Positions 20,412-30,389 of a stretch of DNA of 64,000 bases are shown one piece after another (position 1 is the first letter of the stretch; every line of letters starts with the position of its first letter). The translations under genes and the position numbers were made by a program. The notes beneath the pieces are model-generated. The model was not told the origin of the DNA and did no database searches. It saw only the letters and a list, made by a program, of their open reading frames with translations. The stretch is taken from contig CAZZNJ010000001.1 in the NCBI GenBank assembly GCA_964655755.1, positions 53,250 through 117,249 of the forward strand, written 5' to 3'. Source of the stretch: an uncultured Pseudomonadales bacterium. Lineage in GTDB: Bacteria; Patescibacteriota; Microgenomatia; UBA1400; UBA12108.

Positions 20412-21539
20412 ATGCTCAAAAAAATTCTGACTGCTGGACTGTTACTGGCAATAATGATGTTAAATATTAAAACTCTCTCCCATGGTGACTGGGGGAGGGT
20501 GGATATCGCCCAGTTACAAGAGCAATATGACCACTCCCAGTACTGCGTGCCCCGTTGCGAGTTTCGGGGTAATATCGACGACCCCGAGCTCTACACCCTG
20601 GCAGGTTATCGCTACCTCCAAGGGGTGAGTCCGAGCGACCTAAATCCCGAGCTCCAGCCCCTGACCAAATATCTCTTTGGTCTCTCGACTCATCTTTTTG
20701 GTACCCCTCTGCCATCCCAGCTCTTATTTGGTGTCTTGGCCCTACTCCTCCTAACCATCCTCGCTCGCCGGGTTCTGTCGTCCCCGATAGCACTCATCCC
20801 CGCCCTCCTCCTCTCCCTCGACCCGCTTTTTCAAGATCAGCTCATACACCCTTACCTCGACCTCTCAGTGGCGATGTGGGTACTAGTTATGCTCTATTTG
20901 CTCACCCACAAACAGTATCGGCACAACTCCCTCTACCTCGGCCTCACCCTGGGAGCCCTGGCTCTGAGCAAATCATTCTCCCTCGGTGCCCTCGGCGCCG
21001 TCATGTTGATCCCCGCGTTTGGGACCAGGTATTGGTCCTACCTTCGCGTAGCCATCGTTGGACTAGTCACCTACTTGGTCGGGTATCTCCCTGTCCTCCT
21101 GCAGGGAGGAGTAATGGGTTTAGTCTACCTACACATCGATACGCTGCGACTATATCGAAGCTACGTGCCAGAGTACCCCAAAGGCGAGATTATGCGGATC
21201 ATCTTTTTGGGGGAGTGGCGGACCTGGTGGGGGGACAAAGGGCTTATCCCATCACCCTTTTATAGCTGGCTCTGGCCAGCATCTACCCTCGCAACTATTT
21301 TTGCGTTCACTAAAAAGAAGCTACGAGATGTTGTGTCGCTCCACCTATTCTGGGTCATCCTGGCACTCGCCTTTATCTCACTCCGCCTCGTCTTTCCCCG
21401 ATATCTCCTGCCGGCTCTGCCTAGTCTCTATCTTATTATGGTCATCGTTATTCGTTATATAATCCACTCATGTCGCTTATCTTTTTCTCCCTCAACCTCG
21501 AAGCCGACCGTCACCTCGCAGAGGTCGAAGCGTATCTAA
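20412..21539 (+). CDS. polytopic membrane protein, possibly GT-C/PMT_2-like
   Basis: Multiple TM helices in the glycan-locus context. No diagnostic motif. Confidence 0.3.
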   Translation: MLKKILTAGLLLAIMMLNIKTLSHGDWGRVDIAQLQEQYDHSQYCVPRCEFRGNIDDPELYTLAGYRYLQGVSPSDLNPELQPLTKYLFGLSTHLFGTPLPSQLLFGVLALLLLTILARRVLSSPIALIPALLLSLDPLFQDQLIHPYLDLSVAMWVLVMLYLLTHKQYRHNSLYLGLTLGALALSKSFSLGALGAVMLIPAFGTRYWSYLRVAIVGLVTYLVGYLPVLLQGGVMGLVYLHIDTLRLYRSYVPEYPKGEIMRIIFLGEWRTWWGDKGLIPSPFYSWLWPASTLATIFAFTKKKLRDVVSLHLFWVILALAFISLRLVFPRYLLPALPSLYLIMVIVIRYIIHSCRLSFSPSTSKPTVTSQRSKRI

Positions 21540-22201
21540 AAAAACATCATCCCGACGTGGTTCATTTTCAGGAAATCTACCTCCTTCACGCCAAACAGTG
21601 GGCCCAATCCCTGGGCTATCACCTCAGTTTTGCCCCGCACGCAGACTATCAGGTGAGTGAGCATATTTTTAAACCACTTGGTCTCTGGGGTATCGCCACT
21701 CTCACCAAATCAAAACCCAGCGCTACAGCGATTACTTATTACTCTGCTCCTCCCCACACCCTCCCGACCGATTACTATACTCTCAAAGAGGGGCATCCTA
21801 GAGCCGTTATTATCCTCAAGCTAACGTCAGACAACAAAGAATACACGTTTGCTAACACTCACTTTACCTGGGCCATGCCCGAGAATGCCGATGTCGAACA
21901 GGCAGCCGATTTTGCCAGATTTCAGACCATCATCGAGCCGTATCCTAGCCTGGTTATGTCCGGCGATTTTAACGCCTCTCGAGAGTCACAGGTGTACAAA
22001 AAACTTGCAGAAAAGTATCGCTCTTGGGTCCCCGCTAGCGTTGACACGACCCTCGACCCTACCTACTTTCGCAAGCCCGGTCTCAAGCTAGTGGTGGACC
22101 ATCTCTTTTCTACCTCAGATTACCGTCTCGATCACGTTGCCGTACTGAGCGGTCTCTCAGATCACTGTGCGCTCTCTGCGACTATCACCAAACTAACCTA
22201 G
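21470..22201 (+). CDS. endonuclease/exonuclease/phosphatase (EEP) family protein
   Basis: VVHFQEI, SGDFNASRES and LDHVAVLSGLSDHCAL are EEP catalytic motifs. Confidence 0.6.
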   Translation: MSLIFFSLNLEADRHLAEVEAYLKKHHPDVVHFQEIYLLHAKQWAQSLGYHLSFAPHADYQVSEHIFKPLGLWGIATLTKSKPSATAITYYSAPPHTLPTDYYTLKEGHPRAVIILKLTSDNKEYTFANTHFTWAMPENADVEQAADFARFQTIIEPYPSLVMSGDFNASRESQVYKKLAEKYRSWVPASVDTTLDPTYFRKPGLKLVVDHLFSTSDYRLDHVAVLSGLSDHCALSATITKLT

Positions 22202-22211
22202 TTGCAGTCTT

Positions 22212-22835
22212 TTGCCGATTTGCTATGCTCAAAACATGACACTTAATCTCGCCGAACGTGCGAGTGAAAGTAAACGAAAAATCGGTCGTAGCGTCTCGGT
22301 CAACGGTGTCCACGCCGTCGAAGTAGACGTCAACAAATCCGAAAATCTCCAGGACCCTTTCCTCGACTTAAATATCAAAGTAAACAATCCCATTGGTCGG
22401 TTATGGCTAGCTCTTAAGCGCATGTGGAAGAGCCAAAATACCGTCGTTGCCCTGCGCTTTACCATCCCCCTCATTGTCCTCCCCATCGCCCTCTACGTTG
22501 GCTATCGGCTCTGGCAGGGTAGGGGAGTGAGCACCCCCATGACCAAACTAGGCGTAATCCACGAAGTGATCATTACAGGTAATCCGCGGGATGTCCTAGT
22601 CTTGCCTACCAGCGATGTCTACATGCTCTCGTATGATCTCAACTTTAACACTAGCCATCGCCTCACCGAAAAGCCCGTGATCGTCGTTGGCAACTACAAC
22701 CACCTAAGTAACGATCTAACCGTCCAGGACATCATTGCCTACAATCCCCTAGATATCCCCAAATCAACTCCCAACCCCGCCGTCACCAAAAGTACGTGGG
22801 ATACGATCCGGGAGTTCATTGGTCAGTTTAAGTAA
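22212..22835 (+). CDS. hypothetical protein with one predicted TM helix
   Basis: ORF only. Hydrophobic segment FTIPLIVLPIALYVGY. Confidence 0.3.
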   Translation: MPICYAQNMTLNLAERASESKRKIGRSVSVNGVHAVEVDVNKSENLQDPFLDLNIKVNNPIGRLWLALKRMWKSQNTVVALRFTIPLIVLPIALYVGYRLWQGRGVSTPMTKLGVIHEVIITGNPRDVLVLPTSDVYMLSYDLNFNTSHRLTEKPVIVVGNYNHLSNDLTVQDIIAYNPLDIPKSTPNPAVTKSTWDTIREFIGQFK

Positions 22836-22839
22836 TATG

Positions 22840-22870
22840 TTGACTTCGGGTAGTATTTGGTTCATATTGT
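22840..22870 (+). promoter_or_regulatory. candidate sigma70-like promoter (TTGACT-N17-CATATT) for the RhuM-Doc gene
   Basis: The sequence ttgacttcgggtagtatttggttcatatt sits ~35 nt upstream of a GGAGGG SD and the ATG at 22903. Confidence 0.3.
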
Positions 22871-22902
22871 AATTATTACGGGTAATATACGGGAGGGATG
22901 GT

Positions 22903-23886
22903 ATGACTGCCCCAGTTAAATCATTAGTAGTTTATGAGATCGCCAAAGGCAAAAAAATCTCAGTGCCGATCGAAAAAGAGAGTGTTTGGTTAACGCAATC
23001 ACAAATGAGTGAGTTGTTTAATAAAGACATACGAACCATAAATGAGCACATTCAAAATATTTTCTCTGAAAAAGAGTTATCAAAGTCCTCAGTTATCCGG
23101 AAATCCCGGATAACTGCAGTTGATGGGAAGAGTTATAAGACTAATTTATACAATCTTGATGTAATTATTTCAGTTGGTTATAGAGTTAAGTCAAAAAAGG
23201 GAACTCAATTTCGTATCTGGGCTACCAGAGTCTTGCGTGACTATATTCTCAAGGGATATGCCATTAATCAACATCGTATCAAAGACGTCGGTATGGAAGA
23301 GCTAGAGCGTGCTGTTAACCTGATTCGTCAGACTATAGATTCCAAAGTCTTAACTAGTGGCGAAGCCAAGGGGATTCTTAAGGTTATCGCCGATTACGCT
23401 CATTCCTGGGTTATGTTCCATAAATATGACGAAGGTCATATCGAACTAGCTGCCCATACCAAACCTAGCTATGAGCTCTCATATGATGTAGCGCTGGACC
23501 TTATTACAAAATTAACGCAACAATTAGTCGCAGATGGTAATGCCGCAAAATATGTTGGCATGGCCAGAAACGATAAAGGACTAGAGCGTATTATTGGTAG
23601 CATCAATCAGACATACGACGGCACCGATCTCTACAAAACTGTAGAGGAAAAGGCTGCCCATCTACTATACTTCATCATAAAGGACCATCCATTAATCGAT
23701 GGAAACAAGCGAAGCGGATCATTACTCTTTATCCACTACTTAGCCGAGAATGGTGTACTCTTTAGAAAATCAGGCGAGCGGACTATTAATGACAATACAA
23801 TTGTCGCTCTAGCTCTCTTAATTGCTCAGAGTCACCCGAGTGACAAAGATATTATGATCAGATTAATTACAAACCTTTTAAGCTAG
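22903..23886 (+). CDS. RhuM-family N-terminal domain fused to Fic/Doc (death-on-curing-type) toxin domain
   Basis: N-terminus LYNLDVIISVGYRVKSKKGTQFRIWATRVL is RhuM-like. The C-terminal HPLIDGNKRSG matches the Doc-type motif HxFx(D/N)(A/G)NKR. The gene is markedly AT-richer than its flanks and has its own promoter and SD. Confidence 0.65.
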   Translation: MTAPVKSLVVYEIAKGKKISVPIEKESVWLTQSQMSELFNKDIRTINEHIQNIFSEKELSKSSVIRKSRITAVDGKSYKTNLYNLDVIISVGYRVKSKKGTQFRIWATRVLRDYILKGYAINQHRIKDVGMEELERAVNLIRQTIDSKVLTSGEAKGILKVIADYAHSWVMFHKYDEGHIELAAHTKPSYELSYDVALDLITKLTQQLVADGNAAKYVGMARNDKGLERIIGSINQTYDGTDLYKTVEEKAAHLLYFIIKDHPLIDGNKRSGSLLFIHYLAENGVLFRKSGERTINDNTIVALALLIAQSHPSDKDIMIRLITNLLS

Positions 23887-23918
23887 AGTAGGGGCCAACT
23901 CTGTGAGACAATAGATCC

Positions 23919-25184
23919 ATGCACAATCTCCTAAAGTCTCGTAGCCTCGCCTCGATCTTTGTCCTCGGCGGCGGCAACGTCGTCGGTACCCTCATCTCCG
24001 CCATCACCCTCATCATCTTCTCCCGCCTCCTTGGCCCCACCGATTTTGGTCTCTTTTCCTCTGCCTTTGCCCTCATGCAGATCATGGTTCGGCTGGTCGA
24101 CAGTGGCACTACCACCGCGACCGAACGTGCCCTCGCCCGCGCCCACGCCAAAAGCCCAGCCTCTTACCAAAGCATCATGACTATCTCGGTCTATCTCAAG
24201 CTTGGCCTCTATCTATTTTGGCTCTTGGTTGGGTTGGTAGGTGCCGAGTATTTAGCCACATACTACCTGGGACTCTCAGATTCGAGGTTGATCAAAACTG
24301 CTCTCGTAATCTCTCTAGGCACTGTTGTTTTTGAGTACGCGACCGTTGTATTTCAATCCTCAGGAATGTTTGGCCTAGTTGCCCGTATTACCCTCGCCCA
24401 AGCACTCGGGAAACTATTTGGCGGGCTCATCCTGCTCTCTCAATCTGCCTTAACCGCCACGACCGCACTCTGGCTCTATGGACTAATGCCCTTGCTTGGG
24501 ACCATCGCCGGCTGGGTCAACACTCCCCACAAACTCAGTCTTAGATTTAATCCCACGTGGTCAAAAGATCTCCACTCACTCCTCTCCGTCGCCAAATGGA
24601 CGGGGATCGCTGCCATCTCTGCTAGCTTGGCCGATAACCTTGATACTCTCATGGTCCAGTCTATGATGACTCTCCACGACACGGGCATTTGGGCGGGCGC
24701 CTCACGCATTGCCACTTTTGCCAGCATCTTGCCCTGGACCGTTGGCTCAGTTTTAAACATCAGGGTCACTCAGTTTCACGAAAAAAAGCATTTATTTGCC
24801 TACCTCAAAAAAGCTCGCTGGATCGCCCTCGGCTCGGCTTTCCTCATCCTCCTACTTTTACCTTTTGCTGGGTTAATCACTACTCTCACGATCGGACCAG
24901 AATATCAGTCAGGTGTCTCAGCTCTTAGACTCATGTTCATTGCTACTGCCTTATTGGCAATGACAACTCCGATCGCCTCTCTTTACTACCTCTTTGATAA
25001 GCCTCAGTACTATGCCTATGCCGGCTTGATCTCCACAACCCTGCTAATATCTATGGATTATCTCCTGATCCCACTCTTTGGCCTACACGGCGCCGCCTAC
25101 GCTCGTATCATCGTGCGCAGCATGGTCCTGATCTTTACTCTCATCTATACTGCCAAAACGCTCAAAGAGCGGTACGGCAAATAG
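23919..25184 (+). CDS. wzx: Wzx-like polysaccharide flippase (MOP/MATE superfamily)
   Basis: 421 aa with ~12 TM helices and a typical N-terminus (GNVVGTLISAITLIIFSRLLGPTDFGLF). Confidence 0.65.
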   Translation: MHNLLKSRSLASIFVLGGGNVVGTLISAITLIIFSRLLGPTDFGLFSSAFALMQIMVRLVDSGTTTATERALARAHAKSPASYQSIMTISVYLKLGLYLFWLLVGLVGAEYLATYYLGLSDSRLIKTALVISLGTVVFEYATVVFQSSGMFGLVARITLAQALGKLFGGLILLSQSALTATTALWLYGLMPLLGTIAGWVNTPHKLSLRFNPTWSKDLHSLLSVAKWTGIAAISASLADNLDTLMVQSMMTLHDTGIWAGASRIATFASILPWTVGSVLNIRVTQFHEKKHLFAYLKKARWIALGSAFLILLLLPFAGLITTLTIGPEYQSGVSALRLMFIATALLAMTTPIASLYYLFDKPQYYAYAGLISTTLLISMDYLLIPLFGLHGAAYARIIVRSMVLIFTLIYTAKTLKERYGK

Positions 25185-25191
25185 TCTAGTT

Positions 25192-26001
25192 ATGCCAAAA
25201 ACTAACATTACCGCCCACATGATGGTAAAAAACGAAGATCAGTGGGTCAGGTATAGCCTCCTCTCCCTCCTCCCTTACGTTGACACTGTTCTCGTGACCG
25301 ATACTGGCAGCACCGATCACACGATAGAAGCAATTAGTTCCCTTAAATCACCTAAAGTAAAGTTAACCATCGCTCATGCTACTTCTGCGATCGAAGTGAC
25401 CCAGCTCCGCCAGGCTCAACTAAATCACACCAAGACCGATTGGTTCTGGATCGTCGATGGCGACGAAATCTACCCAGAAAAAACCGCAAAAGAAGTGGTT
25501 CACGCGGTCAATGGGGGGCGCTACGAAGGGATCGTGGTCCGTCGCTACGACCTTCTCGGCGACATCTACCATCGGCAGGTTGAGAGTGTTGGAGCTTACC
25601 AGCTCTTTGGTCATCGAGGTCACCTTGTAACTCGGTTACTCAACAAAGCCAAAATTAATGGCCTACATTATCGAGGTTCATACCCAAACGAAGGCTTCTA
25701 CGATGCCAGTGGCCACTCCACCCGTGACCGCAATCCCAAAAACTGGTATATCACCCATGACTACCTTTTTCATGCAATGTATCTGCGCCGCAGTAGTTTG
25801 GGATCCACTCTTGCGATGCTCAATCGTAACAAATACAAAGTCGAAACCGGGATTACTCTAAAGACCAGCCTCCCCGCCGTCTTTCAGGATTACTCCCCCC
25901 TTGCGTGGGAACCTGATCCCTTGGCAAAGCGTAGCCTAGCCTACGAGCTCACTGCCAATATGCTCACCCCCCTCAAGCAACTCAAAAGGAAGTTCCGATG
26001 A
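25192..26001 (+). CDS. glycosyltransferase family 2-like (GT-A)
   Basis: MVKNEDQWV...DTGSTD N-terminal GT-A pattern and a DGDE acidic motif. Confidence 0.5.
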   Translation: MPKTNITAHMMVKNEDQWVRYSLLSLLPYVDTVLVTDTGSTDHTIEAISSLKSPKVKLTIAHATSAIEVTQLRQAQLNHTKTDWFWIVDGDEIYPEKTAKEVVHAVNGGRYEGIVVRRYDLLGDIYHRQVESVGAYQLFGHRGHLVTRLLNKAKINGLHYRGSYPNEGFYDASGHSTRDRNPKNWYITHDYLFHAMYLRRSSLGSTLAMLNRNKYKVETGITLKTSLPAVFQDYSPLAWEPDPLAKRSLAYELTANMLTPLKQLKRKFR

Positions 26002-27059
26002 AGATCGCCTTCCTCCATCAGACCATGGGGCTAGTAAACCGTGGTAGTGAGATATCGACCAACCTCATCGCTACCGAACTATCAAAACGACATGAGGTCT
26101 TGGTAATCCAAGCTGGCCCAAAGCGTAATCCAAAATACTTAACCAAAAGAGTCGCTCCCCTCACTGAGGCGCCGGCTCCTGCCCCTACCAATCTGTTAGA
26201 AAAACTCCTCTTTAGACTCCAACTAGACCCCAGGGCGCGCTCCGTCCGCCGCTTTACTACAGAAGCGATCGGTGTATTAAAGAAGTTTCGCCCAGATCTG
26301 ATCGTTGCCACCAACGGCTCCGGTCAGGTCAGGCTGCTGCGCCAGCACCTACCAGATATAAAAATCGTAGTATTTGGTCGTGCTGGGATCGGCCACGATG
26401 ATCTATCAAATTTGCGCGCTAATCCCACCCTCTTTGTCGCGCTCACCGAGCGAGCAAAGGTCTGGGCTGAAGGCAATCGGAGCGCCAATACTCAGGTTGT
26501 TTTTATTCCTAATCCCATCTCACCCAAAAAAGCCAAGAAAATTAACCTCTCCCTCCCGACGCCAGTTGTTCTGACAGTTGGTGCTCTCAGTGCGTATAAA
26601 AACCACGACTCAGTAATCCGGGCACTGAGCCTACTTAATGCCTCACTTCTCTTAATCGGTGATGGGGAGGAGTCAGAAAAAATCTCTAAATTGCTTAGCA
26701 CTTATCCAGGAGACTTTCGCTGGTTAAAGGATGTTGATCCCGATGAGCTTGGTTCCTACTACGCAAGTAGCGATATTTTTTGCTTTGTTCCTGATCCCCA
26801 AGAAGCCTTTGGCCGGGTTTATCTGGAGGCGATGGCTGCCGGCCTCCCCATAATAGCTAGCGACGATACGATTAGACGTAGTATTATCGGCGAGCAGGGG
26901 ATCTATGTTAATCCACATGATCCGGAGTCTATTGCCCAAGGTATCGCCCTCGCCCGCAGCCGCAAGGGGAAAATCGATTACACTAAACAGCTAGAGCCAT
27001 ACCTGATCAAAAATGTTATCAAGGAAATTGAGAAAACATTCTATGCCATCCTCCAATAA
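25998..27059 (+). CDS. glycosyltransferase family 4 (GT-B)
   Basis: EAFGRVYLEAMAAGLPIIASD motif. Confidence 0.65.
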   Translation: MKIAFLHQTMGLVNRGSEISTNLIATELSKRHEVLVIQAGPKRNPKYLTKRVAPLTEAPAPAPTNLLEKLLFRLQLDPRARSVRRFTTEAIGVLKKFRPDLIVATNGSGQVRLLRQHLPDIKIVVFGRAGIGHDDLSNLRANPTLFVALTERAKVWAEGNRSANTQVVFIPNPISPKKAKKINLSLPTPVVLTVGALSAYKNHDSVIRALSLLNASLLLIGDGEESEKISKLLSTYPGDFRWLKDVDPDELGSYYASSDIFCFVPDPQEAFGRVYLEAMAAGLPIIASDDTIRRSIIGEQGIYVNPHDPESIAQGIALARSRKGKIDYTKQLEPYLIKNVIKEIEKTFYAILQ

Positions 27060-27963
27060 ATTAAACACCGCAAAAAAATCGCCGCAAGCGCAACCCCAAA
27101 GAGGTCGGGCGCCTGTCGCCACGGCGATTCTTGCGACTTACAATAGTGGTAGCACCCTCCTCGCGGCCTTATCCTCCTTACTTACCCAAACGGTCCCAAT
27201 TGAGCTTATTGTTGTAGACGATGGGAGTACAGACCAAACGCGGACTATCGTCTCGCAGGTGCCCAACGTCATTTACCTCGCTCAGTCTCACCAGGGCCCC
27301 GCGCTCGCCCGCAACCTGGGGGCGCAGCATGCCCAGAGCGACATCCTCCTGTTTGTTGACGCCGACATGACATTTGCGCCCGACTATGTCGAGAAATTGA
27401 TTGCCCCTATTCTCAAATCTAGCCGTGCCACTTCGAAGCTCGCAGAGCGAAGTGTGGTGGGTACTTACTCGGTTGCCGAACGGGTAGCCAACTGGGACCA
27501 CCCACTCGCTAGGGCGTGGAACATCCAAGAAGGGTGGGCCGATAGGCTACGTTTCCCTCCCAATCCCCCCAAATATGGCACTGACTACCGCGCCATCCTC
27601 AAATCCGAGTTTGAGCGGGTAGGTGGTTTTGACAATATCGGTTACACCGATACCTGGAGCCTTTTTCATAAGTTAGGGGTAAGACCATTGTCCACCCAGG
27701 CTATTTGCTACCACAAAAACCCAGATACTTTTACCTCAGTTTTTCGCCAAGCCAAATGGGCTGCCAAACGACCCTACAAATACGGCTTAGTCGGCACGCT
27801 CTACGCCCTGCTACGCACTAGTTTGCCCGTCTCGCTCGTGCTCGGGGTCACAAAATCACTAGCTTATGGCAACTTCTACTTTTTGCCCTTCAAAATGGTC
27901 TATGATCTCGGTCGTTTGGTCGGGATCCTCGAAATGCTATCTACTGGTAAACTAAGTAAATAA
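27043..27963 (+). CDS. glycosyltransferase family 2
   Basis: ATAILATYNSGSTLLAALSSLLTQT...VVDDGSTD. Start at the internal ATG (MPSSNK). Confidence 0.65.
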   Translation: MPSSNKLNTAKKSPQAQPQRGRAPVATAILATYNSGSTLLAALSSLLTQTVPIELIVVDDGSTDQTRTIVSQVPNVIYLAQSHQGPALARNLGAQHAQSDILLFVDADMTFAPDYVEKLIAPILKSSRATSKLAERSVVGTYSVAERVANWDHPLARAWNIQEGWADRLRFPPNPPKYGTDYRAILKSEFERVGGFDNIGYTDTWSLFHKLGVRPLSTQAICYHKNPDTFTSVFRQAKWAAKRPYKYGLVGTLYALLRTSLPVSLVLGVTKSLAYGNFYFLPFKMVYDLGRLVGILEMLSTGKLSK

Positions 27964-27965
27964 TT

Positions 27966-29312
27966 ATGATCTATCTGCTCCTGCTCGCTCTCAGCCTCCG
28001 CCTAGTCCTCCTCAACCAATCGCTCTGGTTAGACGAGGCCATCCAGGCACTGGCCCTCATGGGGCGGCTGGGCCCACTCGCCACTTATGCCCTCGCCGAC
28101 TTTCAACCTCCCCTCTATCACGGGATTTTGTGGCTCTGGACGCAGGTTTTTGGCTATAGCGAGCTTGCCCTGCGCACTCCCTCGCTCCTAGCCGGTCTAG
28201 GGACAGTTTATTTTGTTGCCCAGCTAGGACAACATTTGGGTGGCCCAAAACTCAAGGTTATCGCCGGCCTGCTCGCTGCCACCAACCCGCTCCTCATCTA
28301 CTATTCTCAGGAGGGCAGGACCTACGGCCTCACCACCTTTTTTGTTACCGCCGCGATCTTTTATTTCTATAAGGTACTTACCAATCCTAAAAACAAACTA
28401 TTTACTATTTACTATTTACTATTTACTATCGCTTTCCTCTGGACCTCTTACCTCGCCTGGTTTCTTCAGCTCGCCATTTTTCTCTACTCGCTCTACCTCA
28501 AGCGCCGCGACCTCATCGTTGCTCAGGTTCTTGCAGGCCTAACACTCTTGTTCTGGGTCCCGTCCCTCATTAGCTCACTTGGCATCGGGCTCAGTACTAT
28601 CACCAATAGTCCTGAGTGGGGCAATGTGGTTGGGGGTATTTCGCTCAAAGCCCTGGCTCTTACCTGGATCAAAGCCAATATTGGTCGGATCAGTTTCACG
28701 AATGATTGGATCTATGCAGGTGTGGTAGTAACTCTCCTCGCCCTGCATCTTTTTATCTTATCCAAACTCAAACTTAAGTCATATTACGCAAATAAAAAAA
28801 CTCAACTCCTCATAGTCTGGCTCTCTACTCTCCCCCTGACCGCGCTCTTCTCGCTGCTGCTCCCAGTCTATAGCTATACCCGCATCATGTTCGTGGTACC
28901 TGCCTACTTGCTCACGCTCGCCCTCGCACTCTCCCTCTCTCGTCTGCGCTATACTGCCATCATTATCTCACTGCAGCTGCTCGCCCTCGGTTACTTTTGG
29001 TTTAACCAGAGCTTTCATCGCGAAGCTTGGCAGCAGGTGGTTGAGGACTTTGGGACTGACGCCATCTACGCCCTCCCTAGTCGCGCCCAAAATGCCCCCT
29101 TGCTCTACTACGGGGTTGCCCCGACCAACATTCTAGAGCCCAAAGCAACTCCCATCCCGCCGGTTACGCGGGTTGTTTATCTTAAGTATGTTGAGGATAT
29201 TTTTGATCCCAATGGCCTCGGCCCCCAAAACCTCCAAAACTCTGGGTATACTATATCTAAACAACAAGTATATCCTGGTATCCAGGTAGAGGTGTATGAA
29301 AATCACAATTGA
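27966..29312 (+). CDS. GT-C family glycosyltransferase (PMT_2/ArnT-like, GT39/GT83-type)
   Basis: N-terminal LNQSLWLDEAIQ...YHGILWLWTQVFG loop with a conserved acidic DE between TM1 and TM2. ~12 TM helices. Contains a perfect (TATTTAC)x4 repeat. Confidence 0.55.
   Translation: MIYLLLLALSLRLVLLNQSLWLDEAIQALALMGRLGPLATYALADFQPPLYHGILWLWTQVFGYSELALRTPSLLAGLGTVYFVAQLGQHLGGPKLKVIAGLLAATNPLLIYYSQEGRTYGLTTFFVTAAIFYFYKVLTNPKNKLFTIYYLLFTIAFLWTSYLAWFLQLAIFLYSLYLKRRDLIVAQVLAGLTLLFWVPSLISSLGIGLSTITNSPEWGNVVGGISLKALALTWIKANIGRISFTNDWIYAGVVVTLLALHLFILSKLKLKSYYANKKTQLLIVWLSTLPLTALFSLLLPVYSYTRIMFVVPAYLLTLALALSLSRLRYTAIIISLQLLALGYFWFNQSFHREAWQQVVEDFGTDAIYALPSRAQNAPLLYYGVAPTNILEPKATPIPPVTRVVYLKYVEDIFDPNGLGPQNLQNSGYTISKQQVYPGIQVEVYENHN
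28398..28428 (+). repeat. perfect heptanucleotide tandem repeat (TATTTAC)x4.4 inside the GT-C gene
   Basis: The sequence ctatttactatttactatttactatttactatc, read directly. Confidence 0.8.
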
Positions 29313-30387
29313 CGTCTCGCAAATGGCCTACGCGGGGACCGGGGTCGGGCGCTATACCCACGAGCTGGTCAAGGCCTTGCTCACTGCCGGTGGGCCACAC
29401 CAATACACGCTCTGGGCTGGGGTCAGAAAGCAGCGTCCCTATTTTGAAAAACTCGCCCAAAAAGAGCCCTGGAACCGCGCTACTTGGCTATTTTCCCACC
29501 TTTCCCCCAAGCTGGCGGGGATCTTTTTTAACCACACCAGCTTACCCTTCGAATATTTTGCCGGCCCCGCTGACCTGATCCATCTCTCCGACTGGACTGC
29601 TCCCCATACCCGGGGGCTCACTGTCAGTACGGTCCACGACCTGGCTTTTGTCAAATATCCCGCGCACGTCGACCCCCTGATCCGGCGGACTCAGGCTGCT
29701 CGCCTCACACGTTTAATTAAGCACCAGGTCCACTTGATTGCCGACTCACAGAGTACCAAAAATGATCTCATGGAAATATATCAGGTCGATCCAACCCAGA
29801 TTACCGTGATCTATCCAGGCTTATCACCGGAATATCGCGTCGCTAATAAAACAGAAATTGAGCGAGTGAAAACCAAGTATCAGCTCCCCAGCCACTTTAT
29901 TCTCAGTCTCGGCACCCGGGAGCCTCGCAAAAACCTCGCCAACCTGATCCAGGCCACCGCCTCCCTCCCACTCCCGCTAGTCATTGGGGGCAAGTATGGT
30001 TGGGGCAAAGACGTCGCCTCTCCGGCCCACGTCCAAACTCTGGGGTTTGTCAAAGAGGATGATCTGCCCGCGCTCTATAGTGCCGCTACCGTCTTTTGCT
30101 ACCCCTCGCTGTATGAGGGTTTTGGCTTCCCCGTGCTCGAAGCCATGGCGTGTGGGACCCCGGTTGTCACGAGCAATGTTAGCTCCTTGCCCGAGGTGGT
30201 CGGCGAGGCCGGTATCCTGGTTGATCCCCACACTCCCGCCTCGATCAAAGCTGGTATTGAGCAAGCGATAGCTACGCGTGAAAAGCTGATCAAAAAAGGT
30301 TTACAACAAGCCAAACTCTTTCGCTGGGACAAAACCGCTAGACAAGTGATAAGTATTTATGAAAAGCTAAATTCTAATAACCATTAA
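29296..30387 (+). CDS. glycosyltransferase family 4 (GT-B)
   Basis: LYEGFGFPVLEAMACGTPVVTSNVSSLPEVVGEAG. Confidence 0.75.
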   Translation: MKITIDVSQMAYAGTGVGRYTHELVKALLTAGGPHQYTLWAGVRKQRPYFEKLAQKEPWNRATWLFSHLSPKLAGIFFNHTSLPFEYFAGPADLIHLSDWTAPHTRGLTVSTVHDLAFVKYPAHVDPLIRRTQAARLTRLIKHQVHLIADSQSTKNDLMEIYQVDPTQITVIYPGLSPEYRVANKTEIERVKTKYQLPSHFILSLGTREPRKNLANLIQATASLPLPLVIGGKYGWGKDVASPAHVQTLGFVKEDDLPALYSAATVFCYPSLYEGFGFPVLEAMACGTPVVTSNVSSLPEVVGEAGILVDPHTPASIKAGIEQAIATREKLIKKGLQQAKLFRWDKTARQVISIYEKLNSNNH

Positions 30388-30389
30388 CT

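Noticed and set aside
23867-24180. Pro/Ser/Ala low-complexity ORFs overlapping the Wzx 5' end on both strands
   Set aside because: These are compositional artefacts. The Wzx frame has convincing TM periodicity.
28398-28428. Possibility that the heptamer repeats represent a CRISPR array or satellite
   Set aside because: The units are 7 nt with no spacers, in only 4 copies, and lie inside coding sequence. They are simple tandem repeats, not CRISPR.
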